Origin: an uncultured Chloroflexia bacterium | GTDB lineage: Bacteria > Chloroflexota > Chloroflexia > Thermomicrobiales > UBA6265 | Length of the DNA: 64,000 bases | Assembly (NCBI GenBank): GCA_963724295.1 | Contig: CAVRUC010000009.1 | Location: 224,001-288,000, forward strand | Reading direction: 5' to 3' | Shown here: in pieces, positions 29,759 through 41,081 of the stretch | Numbering within the stretch: position 1 is the stretch's first letter | Layout: every line of letters starts with the position of its first letter | Program-made: the position numbers and the translations under genes | The notes under the pieces: model-generated | The model's database searches: none | What the model was told of the DNA's origin: nothing | What the model saw: only the letters and a program-made list of their open reading frames with translations

Positions 29759-31042
29759 TCAAGGGTGCCACCGCGCGAGGTGCTCTCGGTGCGTCTCCAG
29801 ATAGGCCTCGGGTCCATAGAACCGGTCGTAATAGTCGAGATCGATGTGTTGCGCCTGGGCGTACACCCGCACGTAGACGCTTGGGATCGTGGCCGGGAAC
29901 TTCCCGAACGCGTCGTGGAGGTACTGTGCCACCTCTCCCAGCGCATCCACGAACTCCGGGCTGTATCGCTCGATCGCGGCCTTGATCCGCGCGTTGTCGC
30001 GGAACGGGCCGGCGCGGGCGGGATCGTACGTGCCGCCTGGGCCGAATTTCAGGGCCACGAAGCGATCCACGGCCGCTCGCATGTCCGCGAAGTACGGTGG
30101 GCAGAGTCCTTCGAAAACGTCATCCAGCCCGACCGGGTTTGGCGAAGTCCACGTGGGGTCATGGGTGAAGCGGAACCCCAGGCCGGGGATGCCGTCGCCG
30201 GCGAATGCGCCGAGCACACTCGGTGCATTCAGGCCGGTGAACATCCAGCCGCCGAGACCCATCGCCTGCATCACCAGCACGATGTTCTGGCAGATCAGTC
30301 CCAGTTCGATCGCTCCGGTGGTCAGCGTCGACTGCTCGATATCGACGATGGAGGCTTGCTTGCGCTCGTCGAGCAACCCGGATCGGATGAATCGATCCAG
30401 GTCGCCACACGGCCTGTTGTGCATTGGATCCCAGGGGACGGCGCCTTCGGCCAGCTGAATCGCCAGGAACTCCAGCAGTTGCTGCGTCAGGTCGACGATC
30501 GGGATGAAGAGCGTCGTGCCGGGCCGGTTGGCGTTCCAGTAGTTGTGCGCATCCATGTGCGGGGACGCGGCCGGGAGCTCGATCCTGCCGCCGGCGAGAC
30601 GCATGCAGTGCCTGTCCGCGCGGTGGACCAATTCGCCAAGATCGGATGCCGCCTGGAGTTCCTGCAACCGCGCCGGATCGAGATCGCGGAAGCGGGTGAT
30701 GAACGTTCCGGCATCGTCGCTGACGATCAGCTCGGAGGTCCCGATACCGGCGGCGCTCGCCGCGACCCGCCCGGTCAGCCGAATTGGGTAGTTGCAACCG
30801 CGGTCCGGATCGGCCGTGGCAGTGTGCTCCATCCCCAGGTGCCACCCGCTGACGCCGGCCCCGCACAGCACGAGCACTGTGCGCTCCAGATCGGTGAGCG
30901 GGAGCGGCGGATGCGACGAGTCAAAGGCGAGCGGTCCGTCCGGGATGGACATGCCCATGCCGAACCGACGGGAGCGCCGCCCAAACAGCGCCCTCAGCAA
31001 CGGGAACCGGGCCAGATTGTCGAGGGGAGTTCGTTGGTCCAA
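29759..31042 (-). CDS. Conserved hypothetical protein with nitroreductase-like features
   Basis: ALFGRRSRRF, RVAASAAG and CQNIVLVMQAMGLGGW resemble FMN-binding nitroreductase motifs. Confidence 0.6.
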   Translation of the reverse strand: MDQRTPLDNLARFPLLRALFGRRSRRFGMGMSIPDGPLAFDSSHPPLPLTDLERTVLVLCGAGVSGWHLGMEHTATADPDRGCNYPIRLTGRVAASAAGIGTSELIVSDDAGTFITRFRDLDPARLQELQAASDLGELVHRADRHCMRLAGGRIELPAASPHMDAHNYWNANRPGTTLFIPIVDLTQQLLEFLAIQLAEGAVPWDPMHNRPCGDLDRFIRSGLLDERKQASIVDIEQSTLTTGAIELGLICQNIVLVMQAMGLGGWMFTGLNAPSVLGAFAGDGIPGLGFRFTHDPTWTSPNPVGLDDVFEGLCPPYFADMRAAVDRFVALKFGPGGTYDPARAGPFRDNARIKAAIERYSPEFVDALGEVAQYLHDAFGKFPATIPSVYVRVYAQAQHIDLDYYDRFYGPEAYLETHREHLARWHP

Positions 31043-31262
31043 AACGCATCTCCAGGCGCGTCGACCCACCAGCCAGGACTCCGACCTCCCGCCGGAACTG
31101 AGGCCGACAACCACCGTAACCACCGTTGGTCATGGCCTCTATATGAAACCCGAGTCATTGGCTGTCAAGTGGAACACTGAAGCGTGGTGACCATAGTGGT
31201 CGCCCCAGGAGCCGGCTTCATCAGTACCAACAACGGTCGAAGCCCTGCGCAGGAACTGGTAA

Positions 31263-32201
31263 CTACCACCCCTCGATCATCGTGAGTTCGAGCTCCGCCA
31301 ACCCCTCCGGATCCGCGATGGCGTCGATGGCGACGACTTTTCCCTCGCGGATCGAGAAGTCGAGGACCATCATCAGGCGACCACGCGGTGCCACCACCAC
31401 GCCCACGTTTCCGTTGACCAGCACCGGCCGCGCCGCCCGCGCGCGGCCACGCATCGCCTGCGGCGCCACCGCCTCGGCGCCGCGGACCTCCCGCTGCCCT
31501 CCCACCAGGGCAGTCACGGCGTCATAGCGGAGGACGACATCCGGGTCGAGGACCGCCAGCAAGCCCCGAAAATCGCCAGCTCGCGCGGCAGCCAGGAAGG
31601 CATCGACCACCGCCCTCTGCCGGTCGCGGTCGCCGCCGCCCGCCTTCACAACGCTCTCGCGGCCATCTCCCTCACCTCGTTCGCCCGCCCCTACCTCCGC
31701 ACCCGCCCCATGCACGCGGCGGCGCGCGCGACTGGCGAGCTGCCGCGTCGCGGCCGGTGTCCGCCCCACGATCGGCGCGATCTCGTCGAAGGGAACGGCA
31801 AACATGTCGTGCAGGACGAATGCCAGCCGCTCAGCTGGCTCCAGCTTCTCCAGAACGACCAGCATCGCCAGGCCGACCGAGTCGGCCAGCAGCGCCTCCT
31901 GCTCGGGATCGACGCCTTCCGCGCGATTAGCCGGTGTCGCCAGTCCCGACGCGTCCAGGGACTCCTCGCGTCGCGACTTGCGGAAGCGCAGCATGTCGAG
32001 GCAGAGCCGCGCCACCACCTGCGTCAGCCAGCCGCCGAGGTTCTCGACGCCGCTGGTGTCGGTGCGGTTGAGGCGGAGCCACGCCTCCTGCACGGCGTCG
32101 TCCGCTTCACTCACCGAGCCGAGCATGCGGTAGGCTACCGCCCGCAAGTGGGACCGGTGCTCCTCGAACCGCTCCGCCAGCCAGTCGCGCTCATCCATCA
32201 T
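31263..32201 (-). CDS. ECF sigma factor, SigJ/ECF41-like, with SnoaL-like C-terminal extension
   Basis: AYRMLGS, DDAVQEAWLR, ERLAFVLHD and RQLASRARRRV; C-terminal FLAA...LDPDVVL; ATG at 32201 with AAGGA RBS. Confidence 0.9.
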   Translation of the reverse strand: MMDERDWLAERFEEHRSHLRAVAYRMLGSVSEADDAVQEAWLRLNRTDTSGVENLGGWLTQVVARLCLDMLRFRKSRREESLDASGLATPANRAEGVDPEQEALLADSVGLAMLVVLEKLEPAERLAFVLHDMFAVPFDEIAPIVGRTPAATRQLASRARRRVHGAGAEVGAGERGEGDGRESVVKAGGGDRDRQRAVVDAFLAAARAGDFRGLLAVLDPDVVLRYDAVTALVGGQREVRGAEAVAPQAMRGRARAARPVLVNGNVGVVVAPRGRLMMVLDFSIREGKVVAIDAIADPEGLAELELTMIEGW

Positions 32202-32291
32202 CGCGTCCTTTCGCCCACATGATCTTCCCGCGAGATCACCGCAAAGGCAAAGCGCCTGTGCTGTAGCAGCTGTGTGTCCCGCTCGCGCATC

Positions 32292-32318
32292 GGTCACATT
32301 CCGTCGTCGCGGTTCGTC
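32292..32318 (+). promoter_or_regulatory. ECF41-type promoter for the VOC operon
   Basis: GGTCACA-N16-CGTC matches the ECF41 consensus TGTCACA-N16-CGTC. Confidence 0.75.
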
Positions 32319-32326
32319 AAGGTAGT

Positions 32327-32353
32327 GACAGACGATGTCCCGTCAATGTGACG
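32327..32353 (-). promoter_or_regulatory. ECF41-type promoter for the sigma gene (autoregulation)
   Basis: Minus strand CGTCACA-N16-TGTC. Confidence 0.65.
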
Positions 32354-32387
32354 AGGACGGGTAGAAAAACAAGGAGGACGCACGATA

Positions 32388-32744
32388 GTGACCGGCTCTT
32401 CCACCCAGGGAATCAAGACCGTGCTGCACCCCGTTTCCGATCTGGCGGCGGCCAGGGAGGTATACGCCGCCCTGCTCGGCGTACCTCCGCAAACCGACGA
32501 GTCCTACTACGTCGGCTTCGACGTCGCCGGCCAGCACATCGGACTGGTGCCGGGAGGTGGGCAGCGGGGCATGACCTCACCGGTGGCCTACTGGCACGTG
32601 TCGGACCTCGAGGCGAAGCTAGCCGAGGTGACCGCCGCCGGCGCGACGGTAAACGAGCCGGCGCACGAGGTCGGTGGCGGCCGCCTGGTGGCCACCGTCA
32701 CTGACCCAGATGGCAACGTTCTCGGGCTGCTGCAGGACCGATGA
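32388..32744 (+). CDS. VOC/glyoxalase family protein
   Basis: PVSDLAAAREVY, YWHVSD and TDPDGNVLGLLQ. Confidence 0.92.
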   Translation: MTGSSTQGIKTVLHPVSDLAAAREVYAALLGVPPQTDESYYVGFDVAGQHIGLVPGGGQRGMTSPVAYWHVSDLEAKLAEVTAAGATVNEPAHEVGGGRLVATVTDPDGNVLGLLQDR

Positions 32745-33196
32745 GTGCCGCGCCGCGCTCCCGCGTTCAGCGCCGCCGCGACACCGAGCACCGGCTCACC
32801 CACGACACAGACGTCTGGGTGGCCACTGCCTCGGTGGATGGCGCGCCGTACCTGGTGCCGCTCTCCTTCGACTGGGATGGCGAGGCGCTACTGATGGCCA
32901 CGCCAGCTGACAGTCCGAGCGGCAGGAACCTGGCCGCCACCCGAACGGTTCGGCTGGGGCTGGGCCCCACCCGTGACGTGTCCATGATCGAGGGCGACGT
33001 CGAAGTTCTCGAGATCGACGCGCTGCCGCGGGAGAGGGGTGACCGATTCGCCGCGCGCACCGGCTTCGACCCGCGCGCGCTGGCCACCCCGTATCGCTGG
33101 TATCGCATCTCCCCGCGCCGCATCCAGGCCTGGCGCGAGGCGAACGAGCTGCCCGGCCGCGAGCTGATGCGCGACGGCCGCTGGCTGATCGACTAG
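32741..33196 (+). CDS. Pyridoxamine 5'-phosphate oxidase-like split-barrel protein
   Basis: DVWVATAS, PYLVPLSF and PRRIQAWRE. Confidence 0.85.
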   Translation: MSAAPRSRVQRRRDTEHRLTHDTDVWVATASVDGAPYLVPLSFDWDGEALLMATPADSPSGRNLAATRTVRLGLGPTRDVSMIEGDVEVLEIDALPRERGDRFAARTGFDPRALATPYRWYRISPRRIQAWREANELPGRELMRDGRWLID

Positions 33197-33308
33197 CGGA
33201 GGCGCGCCGTGTCCGACGAGGCGGCCGAATAGGGTTGGCGGTGCGTCGCCTTGCTCGCGTGAGGGCCGTCGCCACGAAATCGTGTACTAGCAGAGGAGAA
33301 ATCAGGAA

Positions 33309-33774
33309 ATGGCACAGCAGTCCGCCAAGAGCAACGCCGCGATCAATGAGACGTCTCAAGGATTCACGGCCGAGGAACGTGCCGCGATGAAAGAGCGCGC
33401 CAGGGAGTTGAAGGCCGAAGCGCGCGCACAGAAGGACAAGGCCGCCGGTGAAAGCGATCTGCTCGCCAAGATCGCCGAGATGCCGAAGCCGGATCGCGCC
33501 ATGGCCGAGCGGCTCCATGCCATCGTCAAATCCAAGCGCGCCATCCCTCTCGCCGAAAACCTGGTACGGGATGCCCGCGTATGCCAGGGACGGCAAGGTC
33601 GTCTGCTTCTTCACGCCCGCCTCGAAGTTCAACTCGCGGTACGCCACGTTCGGCTTCAACGACATCGCGAATCTCGACGACGGCGCCATTTGGCCGACCT
33701 CCTTCGCGTTGACGGAGTTAACCGCCGCCGCGGAGGAGAGGATCGCCGCGCTCGTGAAGCAAGCGGTGAGCTGA
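33309..33774 (+). CDS. DUF1801/YdhG-like protein (apparent +1 frameshift near 33535)
   Basis: [18 protein letters not shown]-terminus joins [25 protein letters not shown] after removing one A. Confidence 0.85.
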
Positions 33775-33836
33775 GGACAACACGGCAACATCCTCACCCT
33801 CGGGTCGAGGTGCTACTCGCGAGAGATGGAGACACG

Positions 33837-36230
<2,394 letters not shown>

Positions 36231-36259
36231 CCCGGGCGCGTCCTCGGGATGCGCCCGGG
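36231..36259. terminator. Hairpin between convergent genes
   Basis: CCCGGGCGCGTCC-TCG-GGATGCGCCCGGG. Confidence 0.55.
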
Positions 36260-36291
36260 GATCGGATCTTGGGAGCTGCCAGCGCGATCGA

Positions 36292-36951
36292 CTATCGACG
36301 CGTGAACGTCAGGTGCGCGACGCCACTCGGTGACGAGACGATCTCGACGTCGAAGCGCTCCTCGATGCCTTCCAGGCCGTCCCACAGGCGGACGCCGCGG
36401 CCGAGCAGGATCGGGACCTGCACGACGTGAAGGAAGTCGATGAGGTCGGCCGCGAGGAAGTTGCGCACGGTTGTCGGGCCTCCACCGATGCGCACGTCGA
36501 GCCCGCCGGCCGCCTGCCGGGCGAGGTCGAGCGCCTCGTGCGGGCTGGCGTCGACAAAGTGGAACACGGTGCCGCCCTCCATCTCCAGCGATGGGCGCGG
36601 GTGGCGCGTGAGCACGAACACCGGGGTGTGGAACGGAGGGTTTGGCCCCCACCAGCCGCGCCATTCTTCGTCGGTTCCGACGCCGAACCACGGGCCGCCC
36701 GTCGGCGGGCCGAATTTGCCCCGGCCCATTATCTCGGCGCCGATGCCGAAGCCGTGCCGCTCGGCAAAGGCGTGGTCAACGCCCATGCCGCCTCCGGCCT
36801 CGCCCATCATCGCGTGCCAGAACCGGGTCCCGAACATCCACTCGTGCAGACGCTCCCCGGCGTGCCCGAACGGGGCGTCGAGCGTTTGAACATCCCCGGT
36901 TCCGAACCCGTCGAGCGAAATCGAGAAGTTGTGCACGCGGACCTGGGACAT
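36292..36951 (-). CDS. Dihydrofolate reductase/RibD C-terminal domain family protein
   Basis: [19 protein letters not shown] and VPILLGRG. Confidence 0.9.
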   Translation of the reverse strand: MSQVRVHNFSISLDGFGTGDVQTLDAPFGHAGERLHEWMFGTRFWHAMMGEAGGGMGVDHAFAERHGFGIGAEIMGRGKFGPPTGGPWFGVGTDEEWRGWWGPNPPFHTPVFVLTRHPRPSLEMEGGTVFHFVDASPHEALDLARQAAGGLDVRIGGGPTTVRNFLAADLIDFLHVVQVPILLGRGVRLWDGLEGIEERFDVEIVSSPSGVAHLTFTRR

Positions 36952-37066
36952 GATGCCTCCTGCTCTCAAAAGCCAGTCAATTAGGAACTGATCTTGACGA
37001 GCCGAGCATAGCCGGTGACCGGTGACCAACGCTCAAAGGAAGCCGCTGCGCGCTGAAATCGTGGAC

Positions 37067-37792
37067 TCAACGACCTGTTGACGTGCGAAGAGCGTCGGCC
37101 CAGGCCCGGTTCAGCGCATCGGCTTGCTTCCGATGCGGCGACTGGGGTCGCCAGTCGCTGGGTAGTTCAACGTCCAGCTTGGCGGCGATGCCTTGGATCA
37201 CACGCCGGCGATCGCCAACGAGTTGCTCGTAGGTAACCCCATGCGGCTCGACCTCTTGAGCATCGAACCATGCCTGCCAGGCGGCGTTGTGCTTTCGGAT
37301 CGTCTCCATCAGCACTCTCATGTGTGCGATGTCCTGGTGTGGCTCCTGAGCAATGAAATCGCCTTGCTGCCAGTACCCGGTCTGCTCGGCTCGACACCAT
37401 GAGACGGCCTGCGCCGCAATGTCCTCGCGTTGCAGATGAACGAAGGTCAGAGGACCAAGTGCCTCCTCGAGCATCAGCAAATCAGATTTCCCCGGCACCT
37501 GACCCAGACCTTCCGTCATGCGCCCGAGCGACCCCCACATGATGCGGACACCAAACACGCCGTTGCTCGACGTGCCGGCGCTGAGCGCCGCATTCACGAA
37601 GGCGCGGTAATCCCGGACCTGACCGCCCTCGGTGACCAGGCCGAACCTTGTAGCCCAGGCGACTTCGTCAGGCTCGCGGAAGTACGACTCGGGCCGACCG
37701 AGGACGCCGGTCGAAGAGAGCAAGTTACACAGCAGAGTGCTGCCTGTGCGCGGCGTTCCACAAAGGACATACGAGCGCGGCAGATCCTGCAT
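37067..37792 (-). CDS. Stf0-family sulfotransferase
   Basis: PAPS loop TPRTGSTLL; GRPESYF; AQAVSWCRAEQT; VTYEQL. Confidence 0.88.
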   Translation of the reverse strand: MQDLPRSYVLCGTPRTGSTLLCNLLSSTGVLGRPESYFREPDEVAWATRFGLVTEGGQVRDYRAFVNAALSAGTSSNGVFGVRIMWGSLGRMTEGLGQVPGKSDLLMLEEALGPLTFVHLQREDIAAQAVSWCRAEQTGYWQQGDFIAQEPHQDIAHMRVLMETIRKHNAAWQAWFDAQEVEPHGVTYEQLVGDRRRVIQGIAAKLDVELPSDWRPQSPHRKQADALNRAWADALRTSTGR

Positions 37793-37809
37793 TAGACGCC
37801 ACTCCCGTA

Positions 37810-38760
37810 CTACGGGTGGACCACCGCCTTGATGAACCCGGGCGGTTTCTGCTGAAGATCGGAGTAGGCGCGATCGACCTCGTCCAGGGCGTAGCGGTGG
37901 GTGACGAGCGCTCCCAGATCGATCAATCCCTTTGCGGTGAGCTCCAGACCAATACGCATGCTCTCGATCAAGTCAGCCCGCCGCCGCACGTGCGCGTTGA
38001 CGACGTCGATCGCCTTCCAGTTCCACATCCCAACCTCGACCTGCCGCGGCCCGCCCTGGTGATAGCCCAGGATCGACAGCACCCCGTGGGCACGGACCAT
38101 CTCTCCGGCCAGCGTCAACCCCGGTTGGGTACCGGACCCTTCGACGACGATGTCGAACCCGCGATCGCTCTCCCAATCGCCGAAATTCGTGATTCTGAAC
38201 TCGTCCGGAAGCTGGGAGGGGTCATACGACTCGTCGGCGCCGAGCGCCATGGCCGCTTCTCGCGCCTCTTCCCTCACGTCGATGGCCACGATCCGGCTCG
38301 GTCCCCGCAGCTTGAGCAGCTGCAGCATGCCCAATCCCATGTAGCCCAACCCAATCAGCGCGACCCGATCGGCGAGCTCGACCGGCGTGCGCCGCTGGGC
38401 GTTGACCAGGCAGGCCAGCGGCTCGCCCAGGGCATTCTCCTCGGCGATGCCGTCGGGCACCGGTAGCAGCTCGTCCTCTTTCGCTACGCAGAGATCGGCA
38501 TAGGCGCCCTGGAAGAGCCCTGTCACCCGGTCCCCCTCGCTAAACCGGGTCACTTCCGGCCCAATCGCGACAATCTCGCCCATCGGCTCGTGACCGAACC
38601 GGTGAGGATATCCCGGTCGCCCGTCGGCCCAGGGATGAAGCTCGGAGGCACAGACGCCGCTGGCCTTCACCCGCACCAGGACCTCTCCCGGACCAGGATC
38701 CGGGGTCGACGCTTCGATAACTTCCGAGGTGCGAGGGGCGATCAACTGGCTGTAGCGCAT
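37810..38760 (-). CDS. Zinc-binding (MDR) dehydrogenase
   Basis: GVCASE, GHE, EPLAC and IGLGYMG. Confidence 0.9.
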   Translation of the reverse strand: MRYSQLIAPRTSEVIEASTPDPGPGEVLVRVKASGVCASELHPWADGRPGYPHRFGHEPMGEIVAIGPEVTRFSEGDRVTGLFQGAYADLCVAKEDELLPVPDGIAEENALGEPLACLVNAQRRTPVELADRVALIGLGYMGLGMLQLLKLRGPSRIVAIDVREEAREAAMALGADESYDPSQLPDEFRITNFGDWESDRGFDIVVEGSGTQPGLTLAGEMVRAHGVLSILGYHQGGPRQVEVGMWNWKAIDVVNAHVRRRADLIESMRIGLELTAKGLIDLGALVTHRYALDEVDRAYSDLQQKPPGFIKAVVHP

Positions 38761-38906
38761 CTGGATGGTGCCTCCATGTTCGACATTTTTCTTGCTGTCG
38801 CGGCGCACTGAGCGAGAGGTAAGGCCAGCTCCAAGCACACTCGAATCGAGTTCCGCGTACTATCTCGACTGGGTCGCCAGCACTGACTGGGAACTGGCAT
38901 CGCGCT

Positions 38907-38918
38907 TGCATCGATGCA
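38907..38918. promoter_or_regulatory. Possible LacI-type operator between divergent dehydrogenase genes
   Basis: Perfect palindrome TGCATCGATGCA with central CG. Confidence 0.45.
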
Positions 38919-38989
38919 CAACAGAGACCAAGGACTTTGATGACGCTAAGCGGCGGGTAGAGCGACGAGACGAGGGGAACGGAGAGGGT

Positions 38990-40087
38990 GTGGAGAAGCT
39001 GAAAGTTGGTATCGTTGGCTCGGGCTGGATGGGTCACGTCCACTCCCGCGCCTGGCAGAGCAACGCCCCTCGAGCCGAGGTGATCGCCGTCGCCGACGTC
39101 TCGCCGGAGCGCACGCGGAACCTGGCCAGAGCGTTCGGCGACCGCGAGGTGGCGAGGTATCCCGATCTGGTCACGATGCTGGCGGAAGCCGATCTCGACG
39201 CCGTCGACATCTGCCTGCCGCACCACTTGCACGCCGATGCGATTCTCACCGCGGCCCGGGCCGGCAAGGCGATCCTTTGTGAAAAGCCGCTCTGCACCAC
39301 GCTGGACGAAGCGGTCGCGATCCAGTCCGCGCTCCAGGAGTCCGGTGCTACGTTCATGGCCGCGCACAACCAGCTCTTCCAACCGAGCCTGATCGAAGCG
39401 CGCCGCCTGCTGGCCTCGGGAGCACTGGGGCGAACCTTCGTCGTCCGCTCCATCGAGGCCGTTCAGAACCGCGGATTCAGTAGCGGCGCCGTGCCCAGGG
39501 AGCTGGGCGGTGGCGAGAGCCCCTGGGCCTGGCGCGCCGATCCGCAACGGATGGGCGGCGGCGAGGTGATCGATACAGGCTGGCACGCGACCTACCGTCT
39601 GCTGGCCCTCGCCGGCGACCGGCCGGTCGAGGTCACCGCGATGATGGACCGCTTCGCCGTCAAGCAGTTGACGGTCGAGGACACCGGGGTGCTCCTGGTG
39701 CGCTTCGCCTCCGGTGTCATCGGCGAGATCATCACCAGCTGGGCGTTCAACCCCGTCGGCGGCTGGCATTTCGAGGTGGCCGCCGAGCACGGCAGCCTGG
39801 CCGGTGGCAAGACCCGGCTGGTGCATCAGCTGCATGGCTGGCCGGAGCCGGTCGAGTTCACGAAGTTCCCGGACGATTTGCCGCACACTTTTGCCAGCGA
39901 GATCACGCACTTCCTGGACGTCATCCAGGAAGGCGCGGCCCCCCAGGCATCGTTCGACCACGCGGCACGAGTGCTGCAGCTGACGCTCGCCGCCTACACC
40001 GCGGTGTCCGAGCACTGCGTCGTCACATTGCCCGACGACCCGACCCAACCGGGCGTCCCGGCCGCCGCGACAGCGGTGGCACGGTAA
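38990..40087 (+). CDS. Gfo/Idh/MocA family oxidoreductase
   Basis: VGIVGSGWMG, CEKPL and GGGEVIDTGWH. Confidence 0.92.
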   Translation: MEKLKVGIVGSGWMGHVHSRAWQSNAPRAEVIAVADVSPERTRNLARAFGDREVARYPDLVTMLAEADLDAVDICLPHHLHADAILTAARAGKAILCEKPLCTTLDEAVAIQSALQESGATFMAAHNQLFQPSLIEARRLLASGALGRTFVVRSIEAVQNRGFSSGAVPRELGGGESPWAWRADPQRMGGGEVIDTGWHATYRLLALAGDRPVEVTAMMDRFAVKQLTVEDTGVLLVRFASGVIGEIITSWAFNPVGGWHFEVAAEHGSLAGGKTRLVHQLHGWPEPVEFTKFPDDLPHTFASEITHFLDVIQEGAAPQASFDHAARVLQLTLAAYTAVSEHCVVTLPDDPTQPGVPAAATAVAR

Positions 40088-40093
40088 AGGACC

Positions 40094-40975
40094 ATGTACG
40101 CGACTATCAGCCCCGATGCGCTGGGCATCCGCGGTCTGTCTCTGTCAGAGGCGATCGCGCTCGCCCGCGACTCCGGATTTGCCGGTCTCTCCTTCGACAG
40201 CCGCGCCGCCGCGCGCGCCGTCGACGAGCACGGGTTGGCGGCGGCGCAGGACGAGTTCGCCCGCGCCGGGGTAAAACCCGCCATCTGGAACCTCCCCGTC
40301 GCCTGGCGCGATGACGACCAGTGGCAAGGCGATCTGCGCGAGCTCCCCCGGCTGGCGGCGACGGCGCGCGACCTCGGCGCGACCCGCACCACGACCTACA
40401 TGCCCTCCGGCTCGGACGAGCGCCCCTTCGCCGAAAACTTCGACTGGCACGTCGCCCGCCTCCGCCCAATTGCCGAGGTGCTACGCGACGTGGGGTGCCG
40501 GTTCGGCATCGAGTTCATCGGCCCGAAGACGTTCCGTGCCGCCTTCCGCCACGAATTCATCCATACCCTGGACGGTGTGATGGAGCTCATCGCGGCGATC
40601 GGTACCGGAAACGTCGGGGTGCTACTCGACTCCTGGCACCTCTATACCTCCGGAGGAACCATCGCCGACCTGGAGCGCCTGACGAGCCACGACGTCGTCG
40701 TGGTCCACGTCAACGACGCGCCGGCCGGCGTCGCTCGTGACGACCAGATCGATACCGTGCGCGCGCTACCGATGGAGACCGGAGTCATCGACTTGGTCGC
40801 ATTCATGCAAGCGTTGCGGCAAATGGGATACGACGGACCGGTCATGCCAGAACCATTCAGTCAGCGCCTCAACGACCTTGCCGCAACCGACCCACCGGCC
40901 GCCGCCCGCGAAGCCGCCCGCTCCATGGACGCCCTCTGGCGCGCCGCCGAAATTGAGGTGAAGGGTGATGGGTGA
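40094..40975 (+). CDS. Sugar phosphate isomerase/epimerase (xylose-isomerase-like TIM barrel)
   Basis: GIEFIGP, LLDSWH, VHVNDA and PEPFS. Confidence 0.9.
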   Translation: MYATISPDALGIRGLSLSEAIALARDSGFAGLSFDSRAAARAVDEHGLAAAQDEFARAGVKPAIWNLPVAWRDDDQWQGDLRELPRLAATARDLGATRTTTYMPSGSDERPFAENFDWHVARLRPIAEVLRDVGCRFGIEFIGPKTFRAAFRHEFIHTLDGVMELIAAIGTGNVGVLLDSWHLYTSGGTIADLERLTSHDVVVVHVNDAPAGVARDDQIDTVRALPMETGVIDLVAFMQALRQMGYDGPVMPEPFSQRLNDLAATDPPAAAREAARSMDALWRAAEIEVKGDG

Positions 40976-41081
40976 CGGGCTATCGGCTATCAGCTATCAG
41001 CTTCTGCCCGTCTTGCCGCCTTCTTCTCGTCCTTACCGACTAACCGACTTACCGACTTACCGACTTGAAGGGAGGTAACTG

